Positions 13,791 to 27,654 of a stretch of 64,000 nt of DNA are shown in pieces. The stretch covers positions 47,964,078 through 48,028,077 of the forward strand of contig NC_081366.1 of NCBI RefSeq assembly GCF_030684315.1, written 5' to 3'. The notes beneath the pieces were generated by a model. The model searched no databases. It saw nothing but the letters and a program-made list of their open reading frames with translations, and was not told the origin of the DNA. This DNA comes from Stegostoma tigrinum. Lineage: Eukaryota. The translations under genes were made by a program, and so were the position numbers. Position 1 is the stretch's first letter; the number at the start of each line of letters is the position of its first letter.

Positions 13791-14310
13791 TCTGTTGTAA
13801 ATTCGTTCCAGCATCTCACCCCACCCTTCCGCAGCTGTCCCCTCCATCCCCTCTCGTCGGACTTTCTACTCGCTAGGAGAAGAGGGAGTTACGTTCAGGT
13901 TATAATCAATGGTGTCAAATGTAGTGAATTTCCTCAACTTAAGTTTAGTAAGAAGCAGTGAAAATGACTAATAAATAGCCAGCTTGACAAGGCGCTTTTA
14001 CAACTTCTCTGACAGAAAAGCTCGTCATTAAGTGCTGACCTCCAACTTCCATCCTTTCTCAATGCAGTATTGTCTCATTACTGCGTTGAAAATTGTGAAC
14101 AGTCTTCAAGTCATATGATGTGAAACAATTTTATTATAACTTTTCAGTGCAGAAGAGGATATTTGAATTATATCAAGTCCCTATAGTTTTTAAAAGTCCA
14201 TTGAGAGGGGAAGCTCAAAGCAAAGCAGTTGAAACAACTTGCTGTTACATTAGGAAAAGGACTACAAATATATTCTAAATATAATGTGATCTTATTCCCA
14301 TATTTTGTAG

Positions 14311-14453
14311 ACCATTCACGATGGAGTCGCCTGGTGGATCTTACACTTGTTCGTTGTCATGCAATCAAGCTAGAGTCATTCAGTCAATTTGTAGAAATGC
14401 TACCAAGCTTGGAGTTCATTTCATTGGATCAGATGTTCCGGGAGCCTCCAAAG
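14311..14453 (+). CDS. FBXO38: FBXO38 coding exon
   Basis: tttgtag|AC CAT...: (D)[47 protein letters not shown]. Donor AAG|gtgtga; 143 nt. Confidence 0.95.
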
Positions 14454-15156
14454 GTGTGACTTGGACTTTGCAAAAAAGAGGATTTTGACAATACCTATAA
14501 ATTTCTAGCATTATTGTTTATAACCTTGATGCCCTTTTTTTGATTGAAACTCCTGCATGCACTGTTTGGATGTCTTGACTCATAAGAAACTTATGTGCTA
14601 ACACATTATCAATTTGAGACATGGATTTTCCACTGTCTTATCTACTGAACAACTGATACTGTCATTAGTCTTCAGCCATACCCTTTGGGGGAGTATCTTG
14701 AGAAAGAATGATTCACCCAAGCAGATTTTTGCAGGGTGGGAGTAGAAGGGAGAAAAGTAATAGTGACATCCAGCTGCAAGGTCACCAGGATGTCATTATT
14801 CACTCTCGTTATGAGATATCTGAGCTTATGGGTATTTTGTTTCATTGGAAGAAGTGAGCGAGAGAAAGAAAGGAATTTGCCAATAAGTTGAACAATGTGA
14901 ACTTCACTAAAATCCTCCTTCACCAATTATGATAATGTGGGACTGGTTTTGAACCTTCTGAATTGCATTTTGTGCAAGCTACTATGTGTGTTGAGTGAAA
15001 AATATTTGACTTACAATGAATTATAATCAGTGAAGTGTGCCACATTGACTGGTCAATGTTATTATGGTGCTTTTGTAAGTTGCATTACCCTAGTGCAATG
15101 ATGAAACTTTAAAATATTGGTTGTAAAATCACTGTAATGCTTATCTATCACATCAG

Positions 15157-15343
15157 GGCTGTGCTCGTGTAGGATTGAGTGCTGGCACAGGAATTGGTGT
15201 TTCTTCTGCTCTTGTTAGCAATCAGAATTCCAACAATGATAATGATAACCAAAATAATCACGCCAATATCAATAATAACAATAATGAGGAGAATGATGCC
15301 CGACAAGAGAGAGGAGTTCCTGACTTGCCAAACCCAGTGAATG
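15157..15343 (+). CDS. FBXO38: FBXO38 coding exon (Asn-rich)
   Basis: catcag|GGC TGT...: [47 protein letters not shown]... Donor G|gtaagt; 187 nt. Confidence 0.95.
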
Positions 15344-15999
15344 GTAAGTTTTTAATGTCTTTAAAGACATTCAGAGCTTCTCTATTTATAATACCTATGG
15401 TGTTCACCCTTTTTAATCAACAGTCCTCTTGTATGTTAGATTTGTGTTGTGAGCTTTACTTTTATTTTTTTAAAAAGTTATTTAGCACCTGATAAAACTG
15501 TGAAAACTTTCTATGCAAAGTCCAAACCGACATATATTATGGAGATTTCCTCTGCAAGAAAAAAACTAGTCATTCCTATTTAAGAGAAACTAAATGGAGA
15601 CCTATGAGAATTGTTTAAATTAATTAGCATGCTGTGGTAATATGTTTGACAATATTCTTGAAGTTGGCAAGGAACTAATGAGATACTAGGATTTTTTTAT
15701 TGTATTGCAGAAAGTTACCTCACTGAGTTATAGTTTGAAAAATGTTTCTCCTTATCTTCCTTCATCTTGCCAAATTCTGAAAATTAGTTAGTGACCCCTT
15801 CTTTCAGGCTTCTGCCACTTTTTTTTTTCTTCTGGTCTGTAAAATTTGTCTGCTGCTGGCATAGTTTTTCTTCCATTTTTGTAATTTAGATAACCAAGAT
15901 ATGTAAAGAAGATTTTGAATCATTAAGAAATTCAGGAAATGCCTTATTTGAGTATTGCAAGGGGGAAATAAATGCACATAGTTTTTAAAATTGATTTTG

Positions 16000-16310
16000 T
16001 GGAATGTAGGCATCATTGGCTGGCTAGCATTTATTACCCGTCCCTTGTTGCCCTTGAGAAGATGGTGGTGAGCTGCCTTCTTGAACTGCTACAGTCTATC
16101 TGCTGTGGGTTGACTCACAAGGGAGAGAGTTTTAAAATTTTGACCCAATGACCATGAAGGAACAGCGATATATTTCCAAGTCAGGATGATGAGTGGCTTG
16201 AAGAGGAATTTGAAGGTGGTAGTATGTCCGCTCCCCTTGTCCTCCTAGATGGAAGTGATCCTGGGTTTGGAAGGTGCTGTCTGAGGGTGTTTGGTGAATT
16301 TCATCAAAGC
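16000..16310 (-). mobile_element. L2-like LINE 3' end relic
   Basis: catttattacccgtcccttgttgcccttgagaagatggtggtgagctgcc block, shared with the ~18420, 21060 and 55510 copies. Confidence 0.6.
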
Positions 16311-16474
16311 TTTCATCTTCCATTCAGCAGGACAGTTTTCAGAGATACCAAAGTAAAGGGAAAGTAATGTTTATACTTTGAGAGAAGAGTGCCTGATCGG
16401 TTCGCAAGTGGTCTCTGATTAATAGATGCTTTGCCATGAAGGCTGAACCAGGACCAGGGCAGCACAGAGGTTGG

Positions 16475-16805
16475 CACTGCAGCCTAAGTGCTAGGGACCA
16501 GAGTTTGAGTTCAGCCTTAGGCAACTATCTGTGTGGAGTTTGCACATCCTCCTTATGTCTGTTTCCTCCCCTCTGGCTGCTCTGATTTCCATGTAGAGTT
16601 CAAAGATATGGAGGTTAGGTGAGTGGCAATGCTAAAAATTGCCCCATAGGCATCCAGGGATGTTCAGATTACCAGGGTTAGCCAAGGTATAAATGCAATG
16701 CAGAGTTACAAGAATGGGGTGAGAAGCTGTTCTGGTGGTTGTTGCAGACTTGTGGGCTAGATGGCCGCTTTCTGCATGAAAGGGGTTGTATGATTCTAAT
16801 CTACT
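16475..16805 (+). mobile_element. Old HE1-like tRNA-derived SINE
   Basis: Degenerate match to the SINE at 33988 (tgtgtggagtttgcacat, caaagatatggaggttaggt). Confidence 0.7.
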
Positions 16806-17659
16806 GATTAAGGAAGCTTGGCAGTTAGCTGTCAAACTTTAAGCAAGGCACGTTGACTAGTGAAGGCAGTGATGAATGAACCAGAGAATTGCCGTCACCA
16901 ATTTTGTTACATTGAAATGGGTACTCTACGCATCATCATCTATCTGTCCAAATAGGCCCTGTGTATTAATATACATTATGTTCACTGCAACCAGGTGCAT
17001 CACACCTCAAACCTAATTGATATCTTAAATTGGTTAAACTTTTTCACCCAAACAGGAGTCTGTTGGAAATACTGTCAAGTTGCAGAAGTATAATCTAACG
17101 TTGGACCCAGTGTAATGAGCTGTATAGAAACAGTCTAGTTGGGTGTGGTTAGTTCCTTGCTTGTTGTGCCAAGACATGCTGTCTGGAATGTCTGTGTACC
17201 TAGGATCACACGAGCACTGAAAATTCATATACTACATTATTAATTTGTGATAGGTAGAATGTCTATGGCTGATGGCTGCATCCTGTTAATGGCAAGTATC
17301 ATTGTGTTGTTACTGCATAGAAGCAGCATCATATGTTGCTCAACCCTCCGAGATGCCTTATCCCTCCAAAATAGTGTGATATAAATTGAATACTTTTCAG
17401 GACCTAAAGACACGACCATAGGCCTGACCCAGTCACAACGTTATGTAGGAATAATCTAAGCAGGGTAGCCATTATCCCACAGCTTAGCTTTGATGTGTGC
17501 TATTTCAGCATTTTACTTGTATGGTGAAATAATTACTCTGCTCCTATTTGTAATGTTGCAATAAGGTCAGCCTTCTATCACATGGAGTTGCAGGAACCCT
17601 GGCATGTATGTTGACCTGTGGAGCCAGGTTTATAATAAATTGGTGTATTCTTCATGAGA

Positions 17660-17825
17660 GCACTTATTACCAGTCAAAGTCCACTTGCTAACCAGTCTTT
17701 TCTCGCACACTCTAAATGTTGGTTTCTCTTAACTTTGGTGTTCCTGTGAGTTGCCCTGATGAGTGCAAGACAAAAAAAACTTTGTAAAAAGGTCTGTCTT
17801 CAGCAGCATTCAAGTTCTATACAAC
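17660..17825 (+). mobile_element. Possible PLE-type 3' end relic with decayed hammerhead core
   Basis: ccctgatgagtgcaagacaaaa at ~17755-17776 reads CUGAUGA-short stem-(G>A)AAA. Confidence 0.3.
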
Positions 17826-18028
17826 AAAACAAAAATATTATTGTTTCAGGGGTGATACATTAGCAGCATCAGATGAGGCTTAATGCTGACTATTGTGTAA
17901 ATAAATTGCAGCTTTGTTTTCACTGAAATTTTTCAAGTATTGCAGTGGAGCTTTATTCATGATGCTTGTTCATTCCATGATTTTATTTTTAGATGTTTTA
18001 ATCATTTGTAGGTATTTTGCTGTTTCAG

Positions 18029-18139
18029 ATCAAGGACTTGAAGCTGTCCAAGAAAGTAGACCTAATGGGGCTGAATGTAACTCTGACCAGAATAGTGGGC
18101 ATTCTGTGACACCCATGGATATAGATGAAGAACAAGCAG
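18029..18139 (+). CDS. FBXO38: FBXO38 coding exon
   Basis: tttcag|AT CAA...: (D)QGLEAVQESRPNGAECNSDQNSGHSVTPMDIDEEQA. Donor G|gtaaag; 111 nt. Joins the next exon to give the conserved DEEQAGPSGLQ. Confidence 0.9.
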
Positions 18140-19869
18140 GTAAAGTGTGCTGTAATAAAGTTGGATTTATTGACAAAAGCCTTATCTTATTACTATGCTG
18201 AGGTGTATCTCTGTGATTACATTGCAAAACTTAGCGTGTATAATCTTGAAAGGTTCCATTTGGTAGAAATGTTTATACTTGCGAGGAAGCACAGTAGTAC
18301 CAATTCTGTCTTTCCTTTGGTTACTTGAAGGCATGTTTCAAACCATAGCTGCAGTAAGGGTAGGTGAGAGGAAATGACAATCATTGGATTAGTTACTTTG
18401 TTTTCATGTGATTTTTTGTTTTATTTGTTCATGTGACGTAAGCATCATCAATAAAGTGGACGTTTTATTGTCCATCAGTTATTCCTGAGAAAATGATAGT
18501 GGTGGGAATGATGCAGTCTTTGTGATGAAGATATTTCCCTAATGATGCTAGTTGGGGAGTTCCAAGATTTTGATCATGACTGAAGAAATATATGTCCAAG
18601 TAAGAGTCTAACTTTATATTGATCCTCCTGCGCCTGCTGTCATTTTCTGTTGAATGGAATTCGTGAGTATGGGTTTGTTGTCAAGAAAAGTGGGCTCCTG
18701 TGGTGTACTCTGCGAACAGGAGAATCTATAGCCTTCCTCTGCAAAGGTGGAGAAAATATATCAAAACAAATTAAACAATTAACTGTCCAAGAAATGGTAT
18801 ACCTTCATGGTAATCCAGTTAAAGCAGGTTTTTTTAACCTTGAATGGTGTTGTTTCTTGTGTTTTTGGAACTGTACCCATTTATGTTTTCTGTTGACTGA
18901 ATATGTATAAAATTTAACATAAACAGATTTCAGGTAGTAAGGATGTTTTAGGATTTGTAACTCTCATTACAGAGGGTTCATGGTATAACTTTAAAAAATA
19001 ACACATGGGGTAAGCCTACTCTGGAAAAAAAAGTAACTTCCCAGGATAGAAGGGCTGGAAGAATATAGATTATAGTTTTAGTGGTATGTTTGAAAGAATA
19101 TGGGGTCGGCACGGTTATTGCCAGATTTAGCAGGTGGATTCTGCTGTGGAGTTAGTCAGTTTGATTGGAAGTTGGCATTGAAGTAAGGTTAATTGCAGGA
19201 GAGGTAGTTTGACTCTGGGCTGAAAAATGCAGTGGTTCAATTTTTGTTGGCTGGTTAGGATAATTCTGAAAATATAAATAAGCCAGTCCATCAATGTAGA
19301 ATAACTCTTAATTTGTTACTTTGAGGGGAAGTGAAACTGAATGAAGAAAATGAATCCCCCTTCAACGATGCCTTTTTAAGAAAAGGATCCCTTTTTCTTC
19401 TGGCTGAATTAAAAATGCCCTGTTTCTACTTAAAGTAATATATATTCCTGATATCCCAGCAAATGTTCTTTCCTCTAATCAAAGGATAACAAATCTCATT
19501 GACAAAAAGCAATCTTGTTTCTGTGATAACCAAGCCTCTTGATTAAAATTGCATAAGCGAATCTTGAAACATATCTACATTAGAAGATTAAAAAACAGAT
19601 GGACCATTCAATATCGGTACAGGCACCAGAGAAGACAAAGGCATTTCTGTCAAATCAGCTCTACAACGTCATCCTAACTAATATTTGAGAGCTTGTTTCA
19701 AAATTAGGAAAGTTGACCCACAAATTGGTCAAATAGCAACCAGATGCAATCTCACTCATAAAATTGTACCTTATGGAAAATGTACCAGCCACCCCTATTA
19801 CTAGCATTTTCCCACCAGCAAGACAGATCCACCATTGGTGGTAGAGCGGTATATATTAGTAAAGGTTTT

Positions 19870-20620
19870 GTTATGGTCTGAATTTGGTGTGCAGAGACCA
19901 ATTTTGAAGTTTGCAGATCACATGAAACTTGGACGAATTGTAAACTGTGAGGAGGACAGTGTTGAACTCTAAATAAACATTGACAAGTGGACGAAGAGGT
20001 TGAATTCAGAAAAATGAGGTGGTGTACTTTGAAAGGAAGAACATTGAAAGATAGTATAAAATTGGGGCTACAATTTTAAAACAAATGCCGAGGAGTATTG
20101 TATCTAGTTGTGGGTGCCACGTTATCAGAAGGATGTAAATTTGTTGAAGGAAGAGCAGAAACAATTTACGCAAATGGGGTCAGGAATGAGAAACTTCATT
20201 CATGAGGATATATTGAAGCAGTTGAAACTGTCTCTCTTGGAGAGAAGAAGGCTGAGAGAAGATTTGATTGTGGTTTGCAAATTCATGAGCAAATTGGACA
20301 GAATAGGTGTGGAGAAGCTGTTACTGCTCATAAAAGGGACAAGACTGAAAAGATGTAGATTTAAAGTGATGTGCAAAATAAGCAAGGATGATGTGAGAAA
20401 AGAAACAGTAAGTAGTATAGCATGCACTACCTAAAAATGTGGTGGAGACAGGATGATTTGAGGTGTTAAATAGGGCATTGAATGATTATTTGGAAAGAAA
20501 TAGTGTGCAAGGGTATGGGAATAAAATAGGAGATTGGCAGTGGGTAATAATGTTAGTTTGAAGAGCCAATATGGGCACAATGGGCCAAATGATCATCTGT
20601 ATTATAACAATTCTGAGATT
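19870..20620 (+). mobile_element. Decayed CR1 LINE 3' part, inside an older LINE endonuclease relic (~19640-21010)
   Basis: KFAD motif near 19910; ORF 20108-20434 SLLERRRLREDLIVV is a CR1 RT C-terminus. Confidence 0.75.
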
Positions 20621-21054
20621 CTGCAAGAGTTGTCCTTTGAACCCTTAGTGTAGCCCCTAGACCCGATGAAGTCTCTCGGCAACAACTCAGCTATGGATAA
20701 GCAAACTTACTGACTGTCACCTACTGCCCTCCTTAGTTGATGCATCAGTACTCTTTCATGGTGATCACAACTTAGAAGTAGTGCTGGACATAGCAAGGGC
20801 ACAGAATATACTCTTGGTAGGAGACTTCTAATGTCCACCATTGCGATTTGCACAGCAGCACTACTAACTGAAATGGCCAAGTCATCAAAGACATTTCTGC
20901 CAAACTGTCAATGGTAACAGCACCTGCAGAAGGCAAAACCACCTTGGCCACCACCTCTCCAAATTAACACTCAGATGTATTTAGCAGTTGCTGCATTGTT
21001 TGGAGTGGGGACTGCACTGTTCTTATGAAAATGCAGCCCTGACTATTTGTTTTT

Positions 21055-21960
21055 TTTCGATTCATTCAGAGATGTGGGATTTGTTGACTGGCCCACCATT
21101 TATTTTGCTGATCCCTATTTGCTCTGATGAAAGAAGAGTGGTGAGCTGCTGTTTTGAACGGCAGTTTTTGATGCACGACACCCACGTTGCTACTAGGAAG
21201 CAAGTTCTGGGATGTTGACCAAGTAACTATTGTAGGAGGAGTGATACAGCTGTAAACCAGGATACTGCTTTGAAAGAAAACTTGCAAGTGATAGTATTCC
21301 CATGTATCTGCTGTCCCTGTCTTTCTACATGGGATTGGTTGTGGGCTTGAAAGGTTCTGTCTTAGGAGCTTTGGTGAGTGTTTGGTCAACGTTATAGACT
21401 GCTGTGCTCTGTTAGTGCTGGAGGGAGTAAATGTTTGAGTGTGAGATGCCAATCCAGCAAACTACTTTGTCCTGGATGATAGCAATTTTTGAGTGTTATG
21501 AAGCTTTACTCATCCATGCATGTTGGGAGTATTCCTTTACACTACTGACTTGTACCTTGAATATGGTGGGCAGATTTTGGGGAGTCAGAAGATGAGCTAA
21601 TTACTGCAGGAATCCAAACCTTTGACCAGCTTTTATAGCCACAACATTTATATGGCTCATCTATTTCAGTTTCTGACCAATGGTAATCCCCAAGATATTA
21701 ATAGTTGGAAATTCAGCAATGGAATGCCCATTGCATATCTAGAGAATGTGGTTAGACACTCGGTCTCTCTTCTTGAAGGTAGTCATTGCTTGAGACTTGT
21801 CATTTGAATGTTCCTGCCCTTAGCAATCAAAGACTGGATATTGACTGACTCTTTGTTTTGAGCATGGACTGCTACCTGAGGAGATGCATGTGAATGCCAC
21901 CAATAGCAGGTTCCCTGCAATCTGCACATCATTTTAACTTGATATGTAATTGCTGTTCTT
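21055..21960 (-). mobile_element. L2-like LINE relic
   Basis: Same 3' tail family as the 16000 and 55510 copies; no intact ORF. Confidence 0.55.
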
Positions 21961-21969
21961 TCATCATTG

Positions 21970-22270
21970 AAATACAGAAAATAGGAGTAGGCCATTCAGC
22001 CCTTTGAATCTGCTCAGCCATTTAATATGATCATCCAACTCAGTATCCTATTCCTGCTTTCTCCCCATAACGGAAGAACTACAACAAACTCCTTGAAAAC
22101 ATCCACTGTTTTGGTCTCATATACTTTCTTTGGCAGAGAATTCCACATTGATTCAAAAATCCCAGAACTCTCCCAAACAAAACTGAATGTGTACCTCGTT
22201 GGACTGCAGTTCTTCTTAAAGGGTGCTGACCACTGCTTTTTCTGAAAGTTATGACCGACAAATGCTAATT
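21970..22270 (-). mobile_element. CR1 3' end fragment
   Basis: ORF 22014-22292(-) contains WNSLPKKVYE..TVDVFK, plus a typical CR1 3' UTR. Confidence 0.65.
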
Positions 22271-22933
22271 CTGCTATTAATGCTATGAGCAAATATTAAG
22301 TAAAGGAGGTGTTTGCAAATGTGAATTGCATTTTTGTACAGGAAAAATGTAAACAAAGTCTCATATGTTCATAACTCCCAAAAGTTTTGACCTAAATTAG
22401 CTCCTGGTCCAGCAATGCCTACATTCTAATTGTAATTCCCGCTTTTAAATAAGTTACTGCAGCTTGCTCTCTCGTTCTCATGCTCTCTTGCTTCCTCCAT
22501 TCTCCTCCCCCTCCGACTTCTCTACCACTATTCCCACCTACCCCACCCCATCCCATCCCAATCCCTTCAACTCCAGTTTTGATTTTATTTTAATTGTTTA
22601 ACTGCTGTCATCCCATCCTAAAGCTTTGACGTTCTGTGCTGTTTAAGACAAACTTATACTCTTCAATCAAACCTTTCAATCACCTGTTATCATGTGTGTC
22701 CTATGTCACATTTGTTTGATAATAACTTGGGATGATTTAGGCCATTTAAAGGTACTATTACAAATGCAAGTTGCTACTTAAAATAATTTTTTTCTGTGAA
22801 GCACTTTGGGAAAGGCAGTTAAGGTGCTATACAAGTGAGAACTGTATTGTTAACACAGGACTGAAACTAAATGTTTTGAAATTGGTCTGTATTTGTGTAC
22901 TTCTGGTGTGAGCAGTGTATGACATTTGTTTAG

Positions 22934-23116
22934 GACCAAGTGGGCTTCAACCAACCGTGAAAGTAAACCCAGTGATGGTACATGATTCAGATAGTGAAGA
23001 CGAGGATGAATATAGCATGGAGACTTCTGGGACTCTGAATGGGAATGATACTGGGGATAATTATTCTGACGGCGATGAAAAAAGGAAAGCTACGCCAATG
23101 CTTTGTGAAAGTTCTG
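22934..23116 (+). CDS. FBXO38: FBXO38 coding exon (acidic)
   Basis: tttag|GA CCA...: (G)PSGLQPTVKVNPVMVHDSDSEDEDEY... Donor G|gtgagt; 183 nt. Confidence 0.95.
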
Positions 23117-23899
23117 GTGAGTCCTGCGGTTGATACACAGAGCACAATATATGTAAACATATGTAAATCTCCTGTGCAACATTAGTGGTGTCCCCACCCC
23201 TGGAACAGAAGGTCCCAGGTCCCAGGTTCAAGTTCCACCTGTTCCAGAGGTGCATAATAGCATTCTTGAATAGGTTGATTTTTTTTGGGGGGGGAGCGGA
23301 AGAAAGAAGAGATGGTAAATCTGATCTGAATGGATCCTATCCCTAGTGAGAAATGTTTATGTAACAATTCACTTGTTACGTGTCTGAATGGAAAAACCTT
23401 TAACTTAAAAGACTACTAGTTTGAAGTCAAAATCTGCTTATGTTAAACATATAATATTGTATGTAATCAGTAAAATGCATTTCCGTTTCATAGAAAACTG
23501 GTGTTTCCATTTTGGCATATGTACCAGAAATAGTCTTCCATTTGCAAAAAAGGCATTCTATCAAATTAGAAAGATCTTTTTGATAGTGTCTAACAAGCAC
23601 TCTTTTTAAAGTCCAGCTGGAGTTTAATTTACCAACTTTTCATTTTGAACTTTGGTATTTTGTCCCATATTTATTTTTCTAAAGCGCATCTGAAGATTTT
23701 TTTCAGTTTCAGAGGAAGTATTTTTGCTGATTTTTATTTTTAAATTCCCTTTCCACTCACTTGTGATGGATATCGGCTTGTTTTACTCCCTAAGTGTTAT
23801 TTTTACAAACATAAGAATCTCTATATACAAGATTTGAAATAAGTTTGACAAGATGCTCATATGATTTGTTTCTTAGACTCTTGCTATTTTATTGTACAG

Positions 23900-24664
23900 G
23901 TATTTGTGGTAAAGGCAAGGCCCCACTACGGAAGAAGAGCCCAATTAATCAATCAGGCCTGTTAACACCATCGCAAGCAGAAGAAAGCAGTTGTGAGAAA
24001 GGTTGCCAGGTGACCAGTGAGCAGATAAAGGCTGATATGAAAGCAGCAAGTGATGCCCCAGAAAGAAATCGGAGCAAAGATGTTTCTTCTGGAACGGGAA
24101 CCTGTTCTGCTTTAAAAACAACCAACACGAGCACTGTTGTGTCTCCTCCTTATATAGAATCTGACAGAACAGCTCCTGTAAATGGTGGCTGCAGGCATTG
24201 CAGTCCAACATATTCATCACACCCTGATAGTGGGATTCATGCCTGTTCATGTACTTCAAATGCAGTTGGAGATTCCTCTGGTAGTAATGAAAGAAATGCG
24301 AGGAATAGTTCAGCTCATACTGGCTGCATCTGCAACACATCTCCTCAGGTAAATGAAAGCAGGACAGGTGAATGCTCTGAAGCAGATAAGCCTTCCACAA
24401 GCAGGTCGTCCGGAAACTGTGATTTAAATGAATATTGCAGCACAGACTCAACTAACTCAGAATTTTCACAAAGGACATCTTCCACTTGTGCACAAGGACA
24501 AGTAAGCATTAGTAATGGGAGGACTTGCATTGACGGTACCAGAGATGCAGAGAATTCTAATCATCTTCCATGCGTTAACGGGACCCAACATGAAGGCTAT
24601 CCTCGCAGACCTGTGACAAGAGCAAGTAGTAAATATAGCCAGGTCCCATTGATCACAGAGCCAG
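23900..24664 (+). CDS. FBXO38: FBXO38 large Ser/Cys-rich coding exon
   Basis: gtacag|GT ATT...: (G)ICGKGKAPLRKK...EESSCEKGCQVTSEQIKADMKAA...YPRRPVTRA... Donor G|gtaaac; 765 nt. Confidence 0.95.
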
Positions 24665-25929
24665 GTAAACAGCATGTGTGATTGTAAATATTTTGTAACA
24701 TATAATTCTGAATAGTAGCTATAGTAGTGTGTGGTAATAATTTCAAGGTAAAATAGATAAAGAAGGCATTGTTGTCCATGTACACATATTGCACGGTTAG
24801 CCCACTTGTTCAGACTGGTTTTTGCCACCATTGTACCCACATGTCTTGTTTAGATCTTGTGTGCATAACTCCGAACTTTACTGTTTTGATTTTGTCTCAT
24901 TTAATCCTGCTGTTTGAATTTAGTTTTCAAATTATTTTGAATCTACTCTTCAATCTTGTTCTATTTGTCCTATAATTGCATCTGATTTTCTCTTTCAAGA
25001 TTAAAAGTTTAATTTTACCTCACAGTGAGATTTTGGGGTACTTCTCCGAGGCTACAGTTAGTACTGAGCAGTCTTTTCTTTCCTGGTGACTGGAGCTGAG
25101 CTCAAAGTCTGATTAGTGCAATAATCTGTAGACATCAATTCTACAGTTTATCTATTCATTAATAATGGTCAGTATTCATTCACCTACACTTATGGCTGCT
25201 GTGCAATATTTTCATTTTTTTTAAAAAAATCTTTTGTCAGTTTCAAACAATGGATGGCTTTCAGTAGCAGATTGACGACTTCAGTCTTCATAATTTGTAC
25301 ATTTAGCTATTTTCCCTTTGTCTAGTTCTCTACGCTTATAATTATGACCTGCCATAGTTAACTGTATTTATCATGTTGCCTTCTTAGTAATGGGATCAAT
25401 TTTATCATCTGCAAATTTGACCAATTTACTTTGGGTTTCTGAACCCAGGTTCTTCTAAAATAGAAGCCATGTTGCCCAAATATTGACTACAGGGACATCC
25501 CAATCAGTTTGGCTTTTGTCTGCTCCACCTTCCAAAGTACTCGTTCTAATTAGCCATGAAATGCTATTCTTCAGTAAATTTCTAATCCATTTCAAATCTT
25601 TATCCTCTATTCACACCATTTGATGTCAAATTTCAAGGTTTGTGGTATGCGTGATAAGGCTATCTAGCCATGTGGCTGGCCATGGTTGTCTTGATTTTCA
25701 CTTCTTGCAAATGTATTGGGGTGATTAAGATTTCAAGTTGGTTGTTTACTCGTTACAATTATACTAATTTTTCAGATTTGTTATGAATCCATTTAATTGA
25801 CATGCTATTGAAATAAGAATATCTAATCTGTACTAAAAACTGAAGATGTTGGAAATGCTTAGTGAGCCTGACATCATCATTAGCCAGAGAAAACCGTTCC
25901 GTTTCAGTTTTATTTTGTATAGAAAAAAA

Positions 25930-26990
25930 CAAATAAAACTGATAAAGGAAAGCCAGTGGATGATAGATTTTTAGACTTCTGATAAAGTCCCCACAGGAAG
26001 CTGGTTAGAGAAGTTAAAGCACATGAGGTAGGTGGTGATGTACTAGCATTGATTAACTATCTAAAAGACGAGGTCAGCACTTAGATACCAGCTCCTCGCA
26101 GTAGGATTCAAAGACTTGAGGTTTTGTAAATAATGCAAAACTAAGTGGGAATATATGTGTTGTGAGGAAAATGTAAACCAGCTTCAGAACGATTTGGATC
26201 GGCTTAACAAAAGAGCAAGAACATGGCAGATGGAATATGTGAGATTATCCACTTCGATTGGAGGAACAGATGTTCAGTGCATTGTGATGAGTCATTGCAG
26301 CAACCTATTAGGAAGATGGATGGAACGTTAGCCATTATTGAGAACGAATTTGTATGCAGAAGTAGCAAAGTCTTTCTTCAATTGTCGAAAAACTTGGTCT
26401 GACTACACCTGGAGTACTGTATGCAGTTGTGATCTCTTTATCTCAGCAAAAATGTTATTTCCATAGAGGGAGTGCAACAAAGGATCACCAGGCTTGTTTC
26501 CAGGATGGACAGGCCTATAAAAGAGACATTTGGCAAATTGGGCTTGTATCGTCCAGAGTTTCAAAGAATGAGAAGTGATCTCATTGAAACCAAGAAAATA
26601 CCTGTAGGTACACTTCGAAAAAGTTCAGGTAAAATGTTACCCCTGGTTTGAAGGGATGGGGTTGATAGTCTAAGCCTCTAGCAAGGGGACACAATTTAAA
26701 AATAAGTAGGATGCCACTTGCATCCGAGAGGAGGACAGTTTTGTTTTGTTACTCAGAAGGTAGAAAAACTTTGAAATTCTCCACCAGAGGAAGCTGGGGA
26801 ACTTCAATGTATGAGTGTGTTTAAGCTAAAGATTTAGATTTCTGATTCCTCGTGTTGTATAGGGTTATGGAGATGGGTGGTTAAAAACCATATGTGTTTC
26901 ATCTGCCATGACCCGGATGATTTTGCCTGGTTTTGCTCAATGGCCTGCGCCTGTTCCTGTGTTCATAATTCTACTTTTGTGTCAGGCCAG
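25930..26990 (+). mobile_element. Decayed CR1 LINE RT/3' fragment
   Basis: DKVPH-like (gataaagtcccc) and LHLEYCMQL (cacctggagtactgt) motifs, frameshifted. Confidence 0.75.
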
Positions 26991-27654
26991 AGACTGTCTG
27001 CTGGTGGTGGCATCTCTTATGTATTCATTGAAAATAATCATTCAAATTATTCAGAATCTGTGGTCAGTAATCATCATTAAGCTCTTGCCTTGATTTTCCT
27101 CTTGAAAATGTGAAAATTAGTTTGAGTTTTGCATTTGAACCTAGGTTTTCCCAGTTCTTTATCTTTCTGACCACTATTTACCATCTTTGTATGAACTTTG
27201 TCTATTCTCACACTTACAAGGAAACAATGTGGTCTTTGTAATCAAAAATTAAAAATTTGAAGGGCAGTGATTGCATGGTGGTAATATCACTGAACTAATA
27301 ATCCAGAGCCACAGATTGATATTACAGGTACATTAATTCAGATGGTTGATTTGAATTAAATGAAAATCTATCATCGGCACAGATGAGCAACAAATGCTAG
27401 CAAAACGCTAGCCTAGACGTGAAACCTACAGCCCATGAACAAAATTTTTTGTTTTAAAAATGCTCATTTTGAAGTGGGCACCCTCAGCAAACAAATATGA
27501 CAGTCTCAACTTATTGTATTGTCAATGAATGACTAAAATTGTCAAATATGTTTGAAATGGCTGAGACATTGAGAAAAAGAGTACATTGTGTTGTTTGCGT
27601 CTAGTGAAGCAGGCAAGACTGTGCCTCAGTCATTGTCTCATCTGTAAAATTTTA

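Noticed and set aside
18012-18028. Alternative upstream acceptor tttgtag at 18011
   Set aside because: It adds 17 nt and breaks the frame to the conserved DEEQAG; 18029 fits phase and homology.
23945-24840. Several minus-strand ORFs overlapping the large exon
   Set aside because: They are antisense shadows of the FBXO38 exon with no independent evidence.
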